A stretch of DNA of 51,500 bases from Verrucomicrobiota bacterium (GTDB lineage: Bacteria; Verrucomicrobiota; Verrucomicrobiia; Limisphaerales; JAJOIW01): assembly GCA_021209225.1 (NCBI GenBank), contig JAJOIW010000108.1:1-51500 (forward strand). The letters run 5' to 3'. A program made the position numbers and the translations under genes. Positions 36,046 to 44,623 of the stretch are shown here, in pieces. Position 1 is the stretch's first letter. Each line of letters begins with the position of its first letter. Under the pieces are notes generated by a model, which saw nothing but the letters and a program-made list of their open reading frames with translations, ran no database searches and was not told the origin of the DNA.

Positions 36046-37047
36046 TTATGGTTTGGAGTAATGGGAGTTTCTTCCTAAGCCGATTCTGACGAGGATATTG
36101 GATGCGTGGAGTTTTTTTAGGAGGTAAGAGGCGCGGAAACGGTCAATTTTGAGAAGTTTTCTACAGAGCGCATTGGTAATATAGCCATGGTGATGGACAT
36201 AGTTGAGGATTTCAATTTCCTGGAGGTTGGGAATGTCCTGATTGGGTGAGAGAGGTGATTTGAGAGGAGATAATGGGGAGAGGTGGCGAATGGTTGGAGA
36301 GAAAGGAGGCAAGTGGTCTGGGAGGATGATATTGAATTGGGATTCTGAACAGGCAGCGAGGCAGATATGAATGAGTTCCGTGACATCACCGGGGAAGGAA
36401 TACTGGGCGAGCAATTGGAGGGAATCCTGAGAGATCCGCGGTTTTGCATGCGAGGTCAGGTCAGCGATGTGGAAGAGAAGGATATCGATGAGTTGAGGGA
36501 GGAGTTGAGATCTTTCAGAGAGAGGGGGGATTTCCAGAGATACCTGGGTAATACGATTAAAGAGGTTTAAGCTGAAAAGTCCGAGACTGGATAGGTTGGT
36601 GAGATTTCGGGCTGAAGTGGAGAGAATCTGGCAATTTGAAATGGAAAATGCTTCCTGACCAAGCATCCGGAAGGTATGGGATTCAAGGAAATTGAGGAGT
36701 CGGCTCTGGAAATCTAAATCCAAGTGATCAATCTGGTTGATCAAGAGCGTTCCATTGTGAGCGCGTGGGATGCTTCCGACGCGGGATTGCTGTCCCCAAC
36801 CCATGAATCCAGATTGATATCCAAAGAATTGCGCTTCACTGAAGGCAGAGGGAAGCATCGAACAATCCACTGAAATGAAAGGACCTTGAGAATATGGAGA
36901 GATAGTATGGATTTCACTGGCGAGCCATGAATGCTCATCCGGCTGGAACACTGGACATGGATAATTGGCCAATGTGGGGCTGAAATATTGGAAAGATTTG
37001 AGAGAAAGGAAATCCAGGACGGATGGACTTTGAGCCAGTCTGGCCAA
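36046..37047 (-). CDS. Sigma54-interaction-domain (bEBP AAA+) homologue with all catalytic motifs degenerate, plus a C-terminal winged-HTH-like tail
   Basis: Collinear with the NtrC central domain:
- VFQPDEHSWLASEIH replaces GESGTGKE (Walker A)
- PFISVDCSMLPSAFSEAQFFGYQSGFMGW replaces ...ESELFGHEKGAFTGA
- GTLLINQIDHLDLDFQSRLLNFLESHTFRMLG replaces GTLFLDEI (Walker B)
- ILSTSARNL...LFNRI...LEIPPLSER retains the sensor regions

The tail is NYVHHHGYITNALCRKLLKIDRFRASYLLKKLHASNILVRIG. Confidence 0.7.
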   Translation of the reverse strand: MARLAQSPSVLDFLSLKSFQYFSPTLANYPCPVFQPDEHSWLASEIHTISPYSQGPFISVDCSMLPSAFSEAQFFGYQSGFMGWGQQSRVGSIPRAHNGTLLINQIDHLDLDFQSRLLNFLESHTFRMLGQEAFSISNCQILSTSARNLTNLSSLGLFSLNLFNRITQVSLEIPPLSERSQLLPQLIDILLFHIADLTSHAKPRISQDSLQLLAQYSFPGDVTELIHICLAACSESQFNIILPDHLPPFSPTIRHLSPLSPLKSPLSPNQDIPNLQEIEILNYVHHHGYITNALCRKLLKIDRFRASYLLKKLHASNILVRIGLGRNSHYSKP

Positions 37048-37268
37048 GCCTTGTCAAATATTTGGTTGGGATGGGGTGCCCTATGCATTCGTCGACAATA
37101 TCGGCTGCAGAGGAGAATTCCTGAACAAATTGACGTAATGGGCAAGGGCAATTACTATATAGATGAGTATATGATTAAACCCGACAAAGGCAGCGGAAGG
37201 AAAATACGGGTATTTTTATCCTTAGCCTGCGCAGCGATTCTTGCGGTTGCTGCATTGATCGCCATGCA

Positions 37269-37628
37269 GTGATGTTCGAATTCAAGGAGCAGAAAAAAAC
37301 TGAAGGGATGAATGTTCCGAATATCATGAGTGCGTTGCAGGCCTTGGCCCATGAACAAATGAACTCCGATGAACAAACGCCTGGTGAGGTGCGGGTTTCG
37401 ACCCTGATTGAACGGGGCTATCTCACCGCAGATGATGTGCGGCCATTCAAGGGAATGGACCTTCGGTTCCCGACACTGATCGATGCGTCAACAAAGCCGG
37501 GGGCGATTCTGGCATATGTCCACACACCTGACGATCATTTCATCTGCGCCCTGATGGACGGCAGCGTCCAGCAGATGACCAGATCCGTATACGAGGCGCA
37601 TATGAAAAATACTCATCTCAACCGATAG
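37269..37628 (+). CDS. Hypothetical protein, possibly the body of a membrane-anchored protein whose TM anchor lies in the preceding frame (37170-37272)
   Basis: 119-aa ORF. Immediately upstream, another frame encodes MIKPDKGSGRKIRVFLSLACAAILAVAALIAMQ, ending in ATGCAGTGATG, which overlaps the start. The C-terminal HFICALMDGSVQQM is reminiscent of the DGSV end of H-X9-DG/DUF1559 proteins. That similarity is weak. Confidence 0.4.
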   Translation: MMFEFKEQKKTEGMNVPNIMSALQALAHEQMNSDEQTPGEVRVSTLIERGYLTADDVRPFKGMDLRFPTLIDASTKPGAILAYVHTPDDHFICALMDGSVQQMTRSVYEAHMKNTHLNR

Positions 37629-38506
37629 AAAGCGGCTTCGCTAACTATTTCAATACGTTGGAATCCATTCTGATCGACATGCACCGACGTCCAGTCATTG
37701 GATAGGTCGGTTGCAGATTCCAGCCAGGCCTTGCCTATCCAGCTCAGTTCCAGTATGCCCGGATCGGAGTGGACGAAGGATAATTGAAGATTGGCATTTC
37801 TTATTGATAACCAATTGGAGATGGACGGAATCAGAGTTTTTTTCCATAAACGGTAGCCAGCGGCATTGAGATGCAGGCGGTCTGGCTGGAATAGTTGAGG
37901 GAATGGCTGACCGGTGGCATCCAGCATGGGGGTGGCCACGTCGATATAAGTCCCGCCCACCTCGAGACAGAACAACTCCAGAAGTGAGTTCAGCTCATCC
38001 ATTTCCTCCCTGAAAGCGGATCGACTGGGACTTGGTTTGACAGACATAACAGCCAGATCTGTATTGGGGAGGTGCTCCATGAGCAATCTGGAAAATGTAT
38101 AAAATTCCTTCATGACATCTTGCGGGGACATACCGGATGCCAGATCATTATCACCTTCGTATACAACAACCAGGGAGGGGCGATATGGCTGGACGATACG
38201 GTGAAAGCACTCATTGACGTCACTCATCATCGATCCGCCGAATCCCCGATTCAAAGTGGCGTAGCCTGTGTGCTGGAATAATCGTTCCAGATCGGCCCAC
38301 TGGCGAATACTTGAGGATCCCGTGAACAGTATGGGTGAGGACGCCGGAGGATCCTGTTGGTCGAGCCTTTCAAAGGCGGCTATTTCTGATTCAAATCGGT
38401 TTGAGGCGGTGGCATGGGCCACCATACCGGGCAGATGTTGGCCTGCCACCAGCAGCAGAATCAAAAACCGGTCCATCTTTTGATTCGGTATCAAACCACT
38501 CCGCAT
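37613..38506 (-). CDS. SGNH/GDSL-type esterase with signal peptide and a C-terminal FYRLR-ending module
   Basis: Block I ILFTGSSSIRQW, block II NRGFGGS, block III VVVYEGDNDL, block V DRLHLNAAGYRLW. C-terminus: LQLSFVHSDPGILELSWIGKAWLESATDLSNDWTSV...EAAFYRLR. Confidence 0.8.
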   Translation of the reverse strand: MRSGLIPNQKMDRFLILLLVAGQHLPGMVAHATASNRFESEIAAFERLDQQDPPASSPILFTGSSSIRQWADLERLFQHTGYATLNRGFGGSMMSDVNECFHRIVQPYRPSLVVVYEGDNDLASGMSPQDVMKEFYTFSRLLMEHLPNTDLAVMSVKPSPSRSAFREEMDELNSLLELFCLEVGGTYIDVATPMLDATGQPFPQLFQPDRLHLNAAGYRLWKKTLIPSISNWLSIRNANLQLSFVHSDPGILELSWIGKAWLESATDLSNDWTSVHVDQNGFQRIEIVSEAAFYRLR

Positions 38507-38584
38507 TTTTCTATTTATAAATCATCGGCATGGGGTGATCGTCCATGCGCGTTTTATATATCTGCTATTCACCAGGAACTTGCA

Positions 38585-41224
38585 TTACCTGACAACCCGG
38601 ATGAATAAGACATCCCCGGTTGCCGGAACAGATACCTTTTCAAGGTCATTCTGGAGTGTCACTTTGATAATTTCCATCCACTGATTGAGTCCTGTGCTGC
38701 CCAGTATGGAATACGTCTGCCCTGCCCTTCCGAGCAACTGAAATGAAAGCTGACCATCAGTGACTTCGGGAGAGGACAGCGTGACATTTTCCGGGTCCTG
38801 GGTATTGGCTCCCACCCAGTCGATCTGGAGAGCGCCGAGATAGATGAAGTGGAATCTGTTGTTATTGTCCGGGCCGGGAGTCATGGAAATAATAATTTCT
38901 CCATCCTGATTGGGAGAGAGATTGGAGGCTGAAACTGTATTTTCGATATTTTCGGAAGCATCCAAAAGCACCTCGAGGGATTCGGCACCATTCAGGCTGT
39001 ATTTTGTCTGACGCATATCCCCACCGGCTGACATCCTTGAGGCAAAAAAGGTCAAATCATACTTCTTTCCGGTATCCAGTCCGGTAATGGCAAATTGGGG
39101 AAGAACATCGGTCAGTCCGCTCCATTCTTCAACGTTTCCGAACAATGAGTCCCTGGTGGCACTTGCGGGATAGAGAGAAGATCCTTGGGTCCCGGCTTCA
39201 TTGACCCCATTGAACCGGGAGATCATGCGGATTCCGAGTCCTGTGGTGGCTCCATTGACTGAAAGCAGATTATTGAGGACTCCATCATCGGTCTGAGCAA
39301 CGCCGACAAGGAAATTATTCCAGATGTCAGCTGACTCCCCAGGACCAGTCTGAAAATTGGTGCCCCCGGCATCGATCAGGATTCGAGGAACAAACGGACG
39401 ACGCCAGTCTATGCGCATCAGCCCCAGATAGGTGAAGTGGTTTCCGTTGTTATTTTCCGGGCCGGGATTGATCTGGATCAATATATTCCCCTGAGCATCC
39501 GGGGCGATACCTGTTGCCTTAACTGTATTGTCGATGTTGCTGGAAACATTCAGGTCCACCTGAGCTGAATTGGCTCCGGTTACAGTATACCGCGTCTGGC
39601 GGTTATCTGTCGCCGACCGGGATCCGAAAAATGTCAGATCATATGAGAATCCAGGATCCAGCCCGGTCAGATTGAAAGCAGGAAACACATTCTCCAGTCC
39701 ACTGAAAATTTCTGTATTCCCGAAGAGCGAGTCTCCTGTGGCAGCCGCAGGAAATAGGGTGGATTCTGTGGTGCCGTTTCGATTGATGCCATTGAATCTG
39801 GCCACCATCTGAACTCCCACACTGGTGCGGACTCCGTCTGAGGTGACAAACTGGCCTATGCGTCCGTCATTGGTTGTTCCGACATTACCGGTGACATTAT
39901 TCCAGAATTCCGGGCTTTCCTTCACATCCACATTGGTTGTGTTACCTCCGCCGAAATCAAACAGATAGACTATCTGGCCGGATATGTCATCGATCTGCAT
40001 CGCCCCGAGATAGATGAAATGAAAGGAGTTATTATTTTCCGCACCTGGGGTCAATGCGATATTCACGGTCCCGTCGGACGCCGGTCTTACAGCCTCAGCC
40101 ACAGCGAGTCCATCAACATTTTCAGAGGCGTTGAGTGAAACAGACTTCATTTCATTGCCAGTTAGAGTGAAGACTGTCTGTCTGTTATCCCCGCCAGCAT
40201 TCATACGGGAGCCGTAGAAGGAAAATCTGTAGATTTTCTCCGGATCCAGCCCTTCGACATTGAATATGGGAGTTATGTCCGGCCCGACTCCAAAGTCTTC
40301 AGTATTGGCGTACCAGGAGTCGCTGGTCGCCGATGCCGGATATAGCGTTGAATCCGATGCGCCGGCTGTATTGACACCATTGAACCGCGAGACCATCTGA
40401 ATCACCAGACCGGAGGCATCGCCGGATGAGGTCACAATATCTCTGAGTGAACCATCATTTGTGTCGGCAACACCATTGGTCACGTTATTCCAGAATTGAA
40501 GTTCGCCACCGCCGACCACATTGGTCTCCCGGTTCGAGGAACCGAAATCCACCAGAGCTGACCAGCCCGAAGCCGCATCGATACGCATTATACCCAGGTA
40601 TACATTGTCGTTGCCCCCACCATGATTTCCACCGGGACTCAGCTGCACGGAGACTTCCCCGTCAATCGTCGGTGAAATTCCGGAGGTGGAAACTGAATTA
40701 TTCGTGTTCCCCGAAGGTTCCAAAGAAACCTGCACTGGATCCCCTTCTCCAGTGACCGTGTAGGTGGTTTCCATACCCACTGCACCGGAAGCCAGCGAAC
40801 TGAAGAAGGTCAGTATGTAGGTTTCTGTGGATCCTGGATTCCCGACGATCGAAAAGGAGGCGAAGCCGGATGAGCTGACCAGGGAATCCTGGGAGGCTGA
40901 CGCTGGATACTCCGCATGGCTTGTTGTTCCCCCTTCCACCGCATCCACATCAAAAACTCCGTCAATGAAAAGCTGCACATCCAGATCCGCGCCATCGATG
41001 TCCACAAGATCCATGAAAGCAAAAGGTGTGGCTCCGGTCTCTTCATTCACGTTATTCCAATATATGGGAGGAGGAAAAGTCTGGTTGTCCGCCCCACCAA
41101 AATCAATAAACATAGCTCGGTCCTGAGCCTGAAGCGATGCGGCAACCGAACATGAAAGTATAAAGAAAAGCAACCTGGAATTGCCTCCCGCCGGCCGTCT
41201 GGTGACACGACTCATCAATTTCAT
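38585..41224 (-). CDS. Secreted 879-aa protein built from four ~195-aa uncharacterised modules plus a C-terminal beta-domain
   Basis: Signal peptide LLFFILSCSVAASLQAQD. The modules start at FIDFGG, LVDFGS, LFDFGG and LIDAGG. They share FWNNV, (M/I)xSRFNG(V/I)N, LYPASAT.DS, F(F/Y)GSR, DNRQT.(F/Y) and NNN..HF.YLG.M(Q/R)ID. Confidence 0.8.
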   Translation of the reverse strand: MKLMSRVTRRPAGGNSRLLFFILSCSVAASLQAQDRAMFIDFGGADNQTFPPPIYWNNVNEETGATPFAFMDLVDIDGADLDVQLFIDGVFDVDAVEGGTTSHAEYPASASQDSLVSSSGFASFSIVGNPGSTETYILTFFSSLASGAVGMETTYTVTGEGDPVQVSLEPSGNTNNSVSTSGISPTIDGEVSVQLSPGGNHGGGNDNVYLGIMRIDAASGWSALVDFGSSNRETNVVGGGELQFWNNVTNGVADTNDGSLRDIVTSSGDASGLVIQMVSRFNGVNTAGASDSTLYPASATSDSWYANTEDFGVGPDITPIFNVEGLDPEKIYRFSFYGSRMNAGGDNRQTVFTLTGNEMKSVSLNASENVDGLAVAEAVRPASDGTVNIALTPGAENNNSFHFIYLGAMQIDDISGQIVYLFDFGGGNTTNVDVKESPEFWNNVTGNVGTTNDGRIGQFVTSDGVRTSVGVQMVARFNGINRNGTTESTLFPAAATGDSLFGNTEIFSGLENVFPAFNLTGLDPGFSYDLTFFGSRSATDNRQTRYTVTGANSAQVDLNVSSNIDNTVKATGIAPDAQGNILIQINPGPENNNGNHFTYLGLMRIDWRRPFVPRILIDAGGTNFQTGPGESADIWNNFLVGVAQTDDGVLNNLLSVNGATTGLGIRMISRFNGVNEAGTQGSSLYPASATRDSLFGNVEEWSGLTDVLPQFAITGLDTGKKYDLTFFASRMSAGGDMRQTKYSLNGAESLEVLLDASENIENTVSASNLSPNQDGEIIISMTPGPDNNNRFHFIYLGALQIDWVGANTQDPENVTLSSPEVTDGQLSFQLLGRAGQTYSILGSTGLNQWMEIIKVTLQNDLEKVSVPATGDVLFIRVVR

Positions 41225-41714
41225 TATTATATTTTTGAGATTTATTCGATTAATGACCAGATTTTATCATTGTCAAGCTCCATTCCACATCCCGGGATGA
41301 ATCTTTCCTCAGCGTTATTGAAAATGTATTTTATATGGTAAGAATCTGCGGGATGTGATCAGGGAATTGGAGCATGACAACCGGTGTCCTCTTTGACCAG
41401 AGACCACGAGCATCCATGGGTGGTCCTTTCTGCTGTGTCAGTGAGAAGAAGTTCAGTGACGATGGCCCATTTGCATTTTTTGTGGTTGAGAAGACAAACA
41501 CTGTGATCAGGCTGATGATTCAGGCGTTCTGGCGCACAGTTGGCCGGGGTCAGACTGATGTATTAAACCATCCCCGGAGAAGATCTTCGCCTCGTCCACC
41601 ACGGCATGCGGGGAAGCCCGGGAGTAAATATTCAGCTTTCGAGCGGGGTGAAATGAATTGGTCGCCGGGTCTCCGGATGAAATTCCGGGCACAAGTGCCT
41701 GGCGTTCAGTGAGA

Positions 41715-41741
41715 AGGCCCCTGGTGATGAACCAGGGGCCT
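41715..41741 (-). terminator. GC-rich hairpin 38 nt downstream of glnK (10-bp perfect stem AGGCCCCTGG / CCAGGGGCCT, 7-nt loop)
   Basis: Stem read directly. There is no clear U-tract on the minus strand, so function as an intrinsic terminator is uncertain. Confidence 0.4.
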
Positions 41742-41778
41742 CGTTTCACTCAACACACTGACAGGTAAGTGTGATGTA

Positions 41779-42138
<360 letters not shown>

Positions 42139-42183
42139 TTATGATTCAGAAAATTAATTATATAGTTTGATAGTTTTGAATTA

Positions 42184-43616
42184 TCAATGAGCTGAAGAGC
42201 GACCGAAGTCAGGATAGGCTTCCTGGCCATGTTCAGAGATATCGAGACCGACTTGTTCCTCTTCCTCACTGACTCTCCAGAGGCCAACAGATTTGAGGAT
42301 AAATGAGAGGACGAAGGAGAATATAAAGGCGGCAATACAAACTGCGAGCACACCTGTGACCTGAGAACGAGACTGACACCTGAATCTTTGACCTGGAAGA
42401 GGGCAGTGGCTATAGTGCCCCAGACACCACAGATACCGTGAACAGAGACAGCTCCAACGGGGTCATCAATTCCCATACGGTCGAAGAAGAGAATGGAGAA
42501 GACAACCAGAATACCGGCGATGAGCCCGATTGCGACAGCAGACCATGGATGAACAACATCAGCGCCAGCAGTAATGCCAACGAGACCGGCAAGAATTCCA
42601 TTGAGAGCCATGCTGAGGTCCGCGGATTTGAGGACGATGTAGGAAGTAACAATGGAGGCTAGAGCACCGGCTGCAGCAGCGAGTGAAGTGGTTGTGATCA
42701 CAAGTCCGAGAGCACCTGGTTTGGCGGAGAGGACAGATCCACCGTTGAATCCAAACCACCCGAGGAAAAGGAGGAAAACACCGATGGTGGCCAAAGGCAT
42801 GCTGTGGCCGGGAATGGGTTTTATTTTTCCGTCGATGTATTTGCCCTTGCGTGGGCCAAGAACGAGAATAGCAGCAAGTGCAGCAAATCCTCCAAATGCA
42901 TGAACAACAGTTGAACCAGCAAAATCCTTAAATGCGGCATCTCCCCCACCGAGTTCAGAAAGCCAACCAAGTCCCCAGTGCCAGGAACCGACCCATGGAT
43001 AAGCCAAACCGACGAGTAAAGTGGAGTAAATCATAAATCCAAGAAGGTGAATACGTTCGGCAACAGCACCGGAGACAATGGTGGCCGCAGTGGCGGCGAA
43101 CATGGCCTGAAAGATGAAATCACCGTAACCAGTCATACAAAGTGCAAGGCCTCCGTATCCAAAGGTGTCTCCCCCATCGGCGTTGAGATCACCAATAGGG
43201 ACACCGAGGGCCAGCCATCCAGGGATCAACCAAGAATCCCCTGGGTAGTGGGCCTTGAAGCCAAAGGCGGCATATGTGATCAGACCAATACAAACAATGA
43301 AAACATTCTTGAAAAGAATATTCACTGTGTTTTTAGAGCGTGTGAGTCCGGTTTCCAGAGTGGCGAATCCTAGGTGCATAATGAAAACCAAGCCTGTTGA
43401 TATGATGGTCCAAACCATACTGGTGGAGAAGAAGTCGAATGCGAATGCATAATCGCCCTGTGAGCTGAGAAGTTCGTCATAGGCTGCTTTTTTTTCAGCC
43501 AAAGCGGCAGCAGCTTCATCATCCTGGGCAGATATGGAGGGAATTGCCAGAGGAATAACACATAAAAACAGCCAGAGTGCCAGCAGTTTTGGAATATATT
43601 TATTAAGTATGCTCAT
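42184..43616 (-). pseudogene. amtB: Ammonium transporter AmtB with a 1-nt frame lesion near the 3' end
   Basis: Canonical Amt body: FATLETG, AERI, VHAFGGFAALAAILVLGPR, LGWFGFNGGS, DDPVGAVSVHGICGVWGT. After ...ALFQVKDSGVSLV the annotated frame turns to nonsense and runs to 42123. The adjacent frame reads QVTGVLAVCIAAFIFSFVLSFILKSVGLWRVSEEEEQVGLDISEHGQEAYPDFGRSSAH* with its stop at 42184-42186. The lesion is at ~42360-42371. Confidence 0.9.
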
Positions 43617-43754
43617 GGTAATAATTCTATTTCGTAGTTAATTTAGAATGGTGATGTGGATGATAAGAAAGAGGCAGGGAACTGATCATCGGACTGAGCA
43701 CTGGTCATAGTGTCCTCACAGTATAGCTGACTCTTTCGTCTCTGGGAGGGTATG

Positions 43755-43770
43755 AGCACCAGGCTTGCCA
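43755..43770 (-). promoter_or_regulatory. Candidate sigma54 (-24/-12) promoter TGGCAA-N5-GTGCT upstream of amtB-glnK
   Basis: The minus strand reads TGGCAAGCCTGGTGCT, with the GG-N10-GC spacing of the TGGCAC-N5-TTGCW consensus (2 mismatches). It lies ~140 nt upstream of the amtB ATG (43616) and points toward it. Confidence 0.35.
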
Positions 43771-44065
43771 ACTTTGTTGGAGAGTAAAAAATTAAATATA
43801 AATGTATAAAATTTCTCATCACGACGATGAAGGGGAATTGAAGGTGAGGAAAAAAGTGAGTGGAGTGTTGGATAGGGATCAAACTGTCGAAATTTGCCCA
43901 GGCCAGGCAATGGGGGCGGATATGATCAAGAAGTGACACAAAAAGGTGGGATGACCAGATTGGCGAAAAAAGGCCAGAAAAGTCAAAAGTTGAGAATGAA
44001 AGGGAAAAGCAGATGCGAGGGGGATTGCCAAGAGGAGACAATGATTAGTAAGGTAAGCAGGTTAG

Positions 44066-44485
44066 ATGAAATTATCAGTCAAGAGCGATTATGCTGTCCG
44101 GGCGATCTTTGGATTATCACGGAGCTACGGGAATGGGATGGCTGTTTCAGTGGATCGGCTGGCGAATGAGCAATTGATTCCATCGAATTATCTGACACAG
44201 ATATTATTGGAGTTGAAATCCAATGGATTGGTCCTGAGTCAACGGGGTAAAGATGGAGGATACAGGCTGGCGAAAGCACCTGGGGAGATTACGATGGGGG
44301 AAGTGATTCGGACGGTTCATGGAAAGGTGTTTGATTCACCGGCGATTGAGGACAGATCGATTCATCCGGCGATAGCATGTGCCTGGGCGGAGTTGCAGCA
44401 ACGACTGGATGAAACGGCAGACAGCATAAATTTTCAAAAACTGGTTGAGAAGGCCAACCAGGATCCTGAGATGTATTATATCTAG
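44066..44485 (+). CDS. Rrf2-family transcriptional regulator
   Basis: MKLSVKSDYAVRAIFGLSR...VSVDRLANEQLIPSNYLTQILLELKSNGLVLSQRGKDGGYRLAKAP. It lacks the 3-Cys cluster of IscR/NsrR; only one Cys is seen. Confidence 0.85.
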   Translation: MKLSVKSDYAVRAIFGLSRSYGNGMAVSVDRLANEQLIPSNYLTQILLELKSNGLVLSQRGKDGGYRLAKAPGEITMGEVIRTVHGKVFDSPAIEDRSIHPAIACAWAELQQRLDETADSINFQKLVEKANQDPEMYYI

Positions 44486-44623
44486 CTGCGATCTCAACCC
44501 GATTCAGTGATGAGGATCCTGAGGGGTCGCAGGAAACGATGTGGTGGACGGGGGGTGATAAAAAAAACCACCATGCAGGCATGGTGGTGGGGAGGGAATT
44601 GGATCCGAAGTCAGAAATGGGGA

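Noticed and set aside
41374-41749. ORFs 41374-41712(+) and 41507-41749(-) in the glnK / 879-aa gene spacer.
   Set aside because: No motif support. They overlap each other and run through the GC-rich hairpin at 41715-41741. I kept the region only as an unexplained spacer.
43754-43771. Reading the same site on the + strand (TGAGCAC-N5-TTGCC) as a sigma54 promoter for rrf2.
   Set aside because: The + strand version lacks the invariant GG (it has AG) and lies ~300 nt from rrf2. The minus-strand reading has correct GG-N10-GC spacing and faces amtB.
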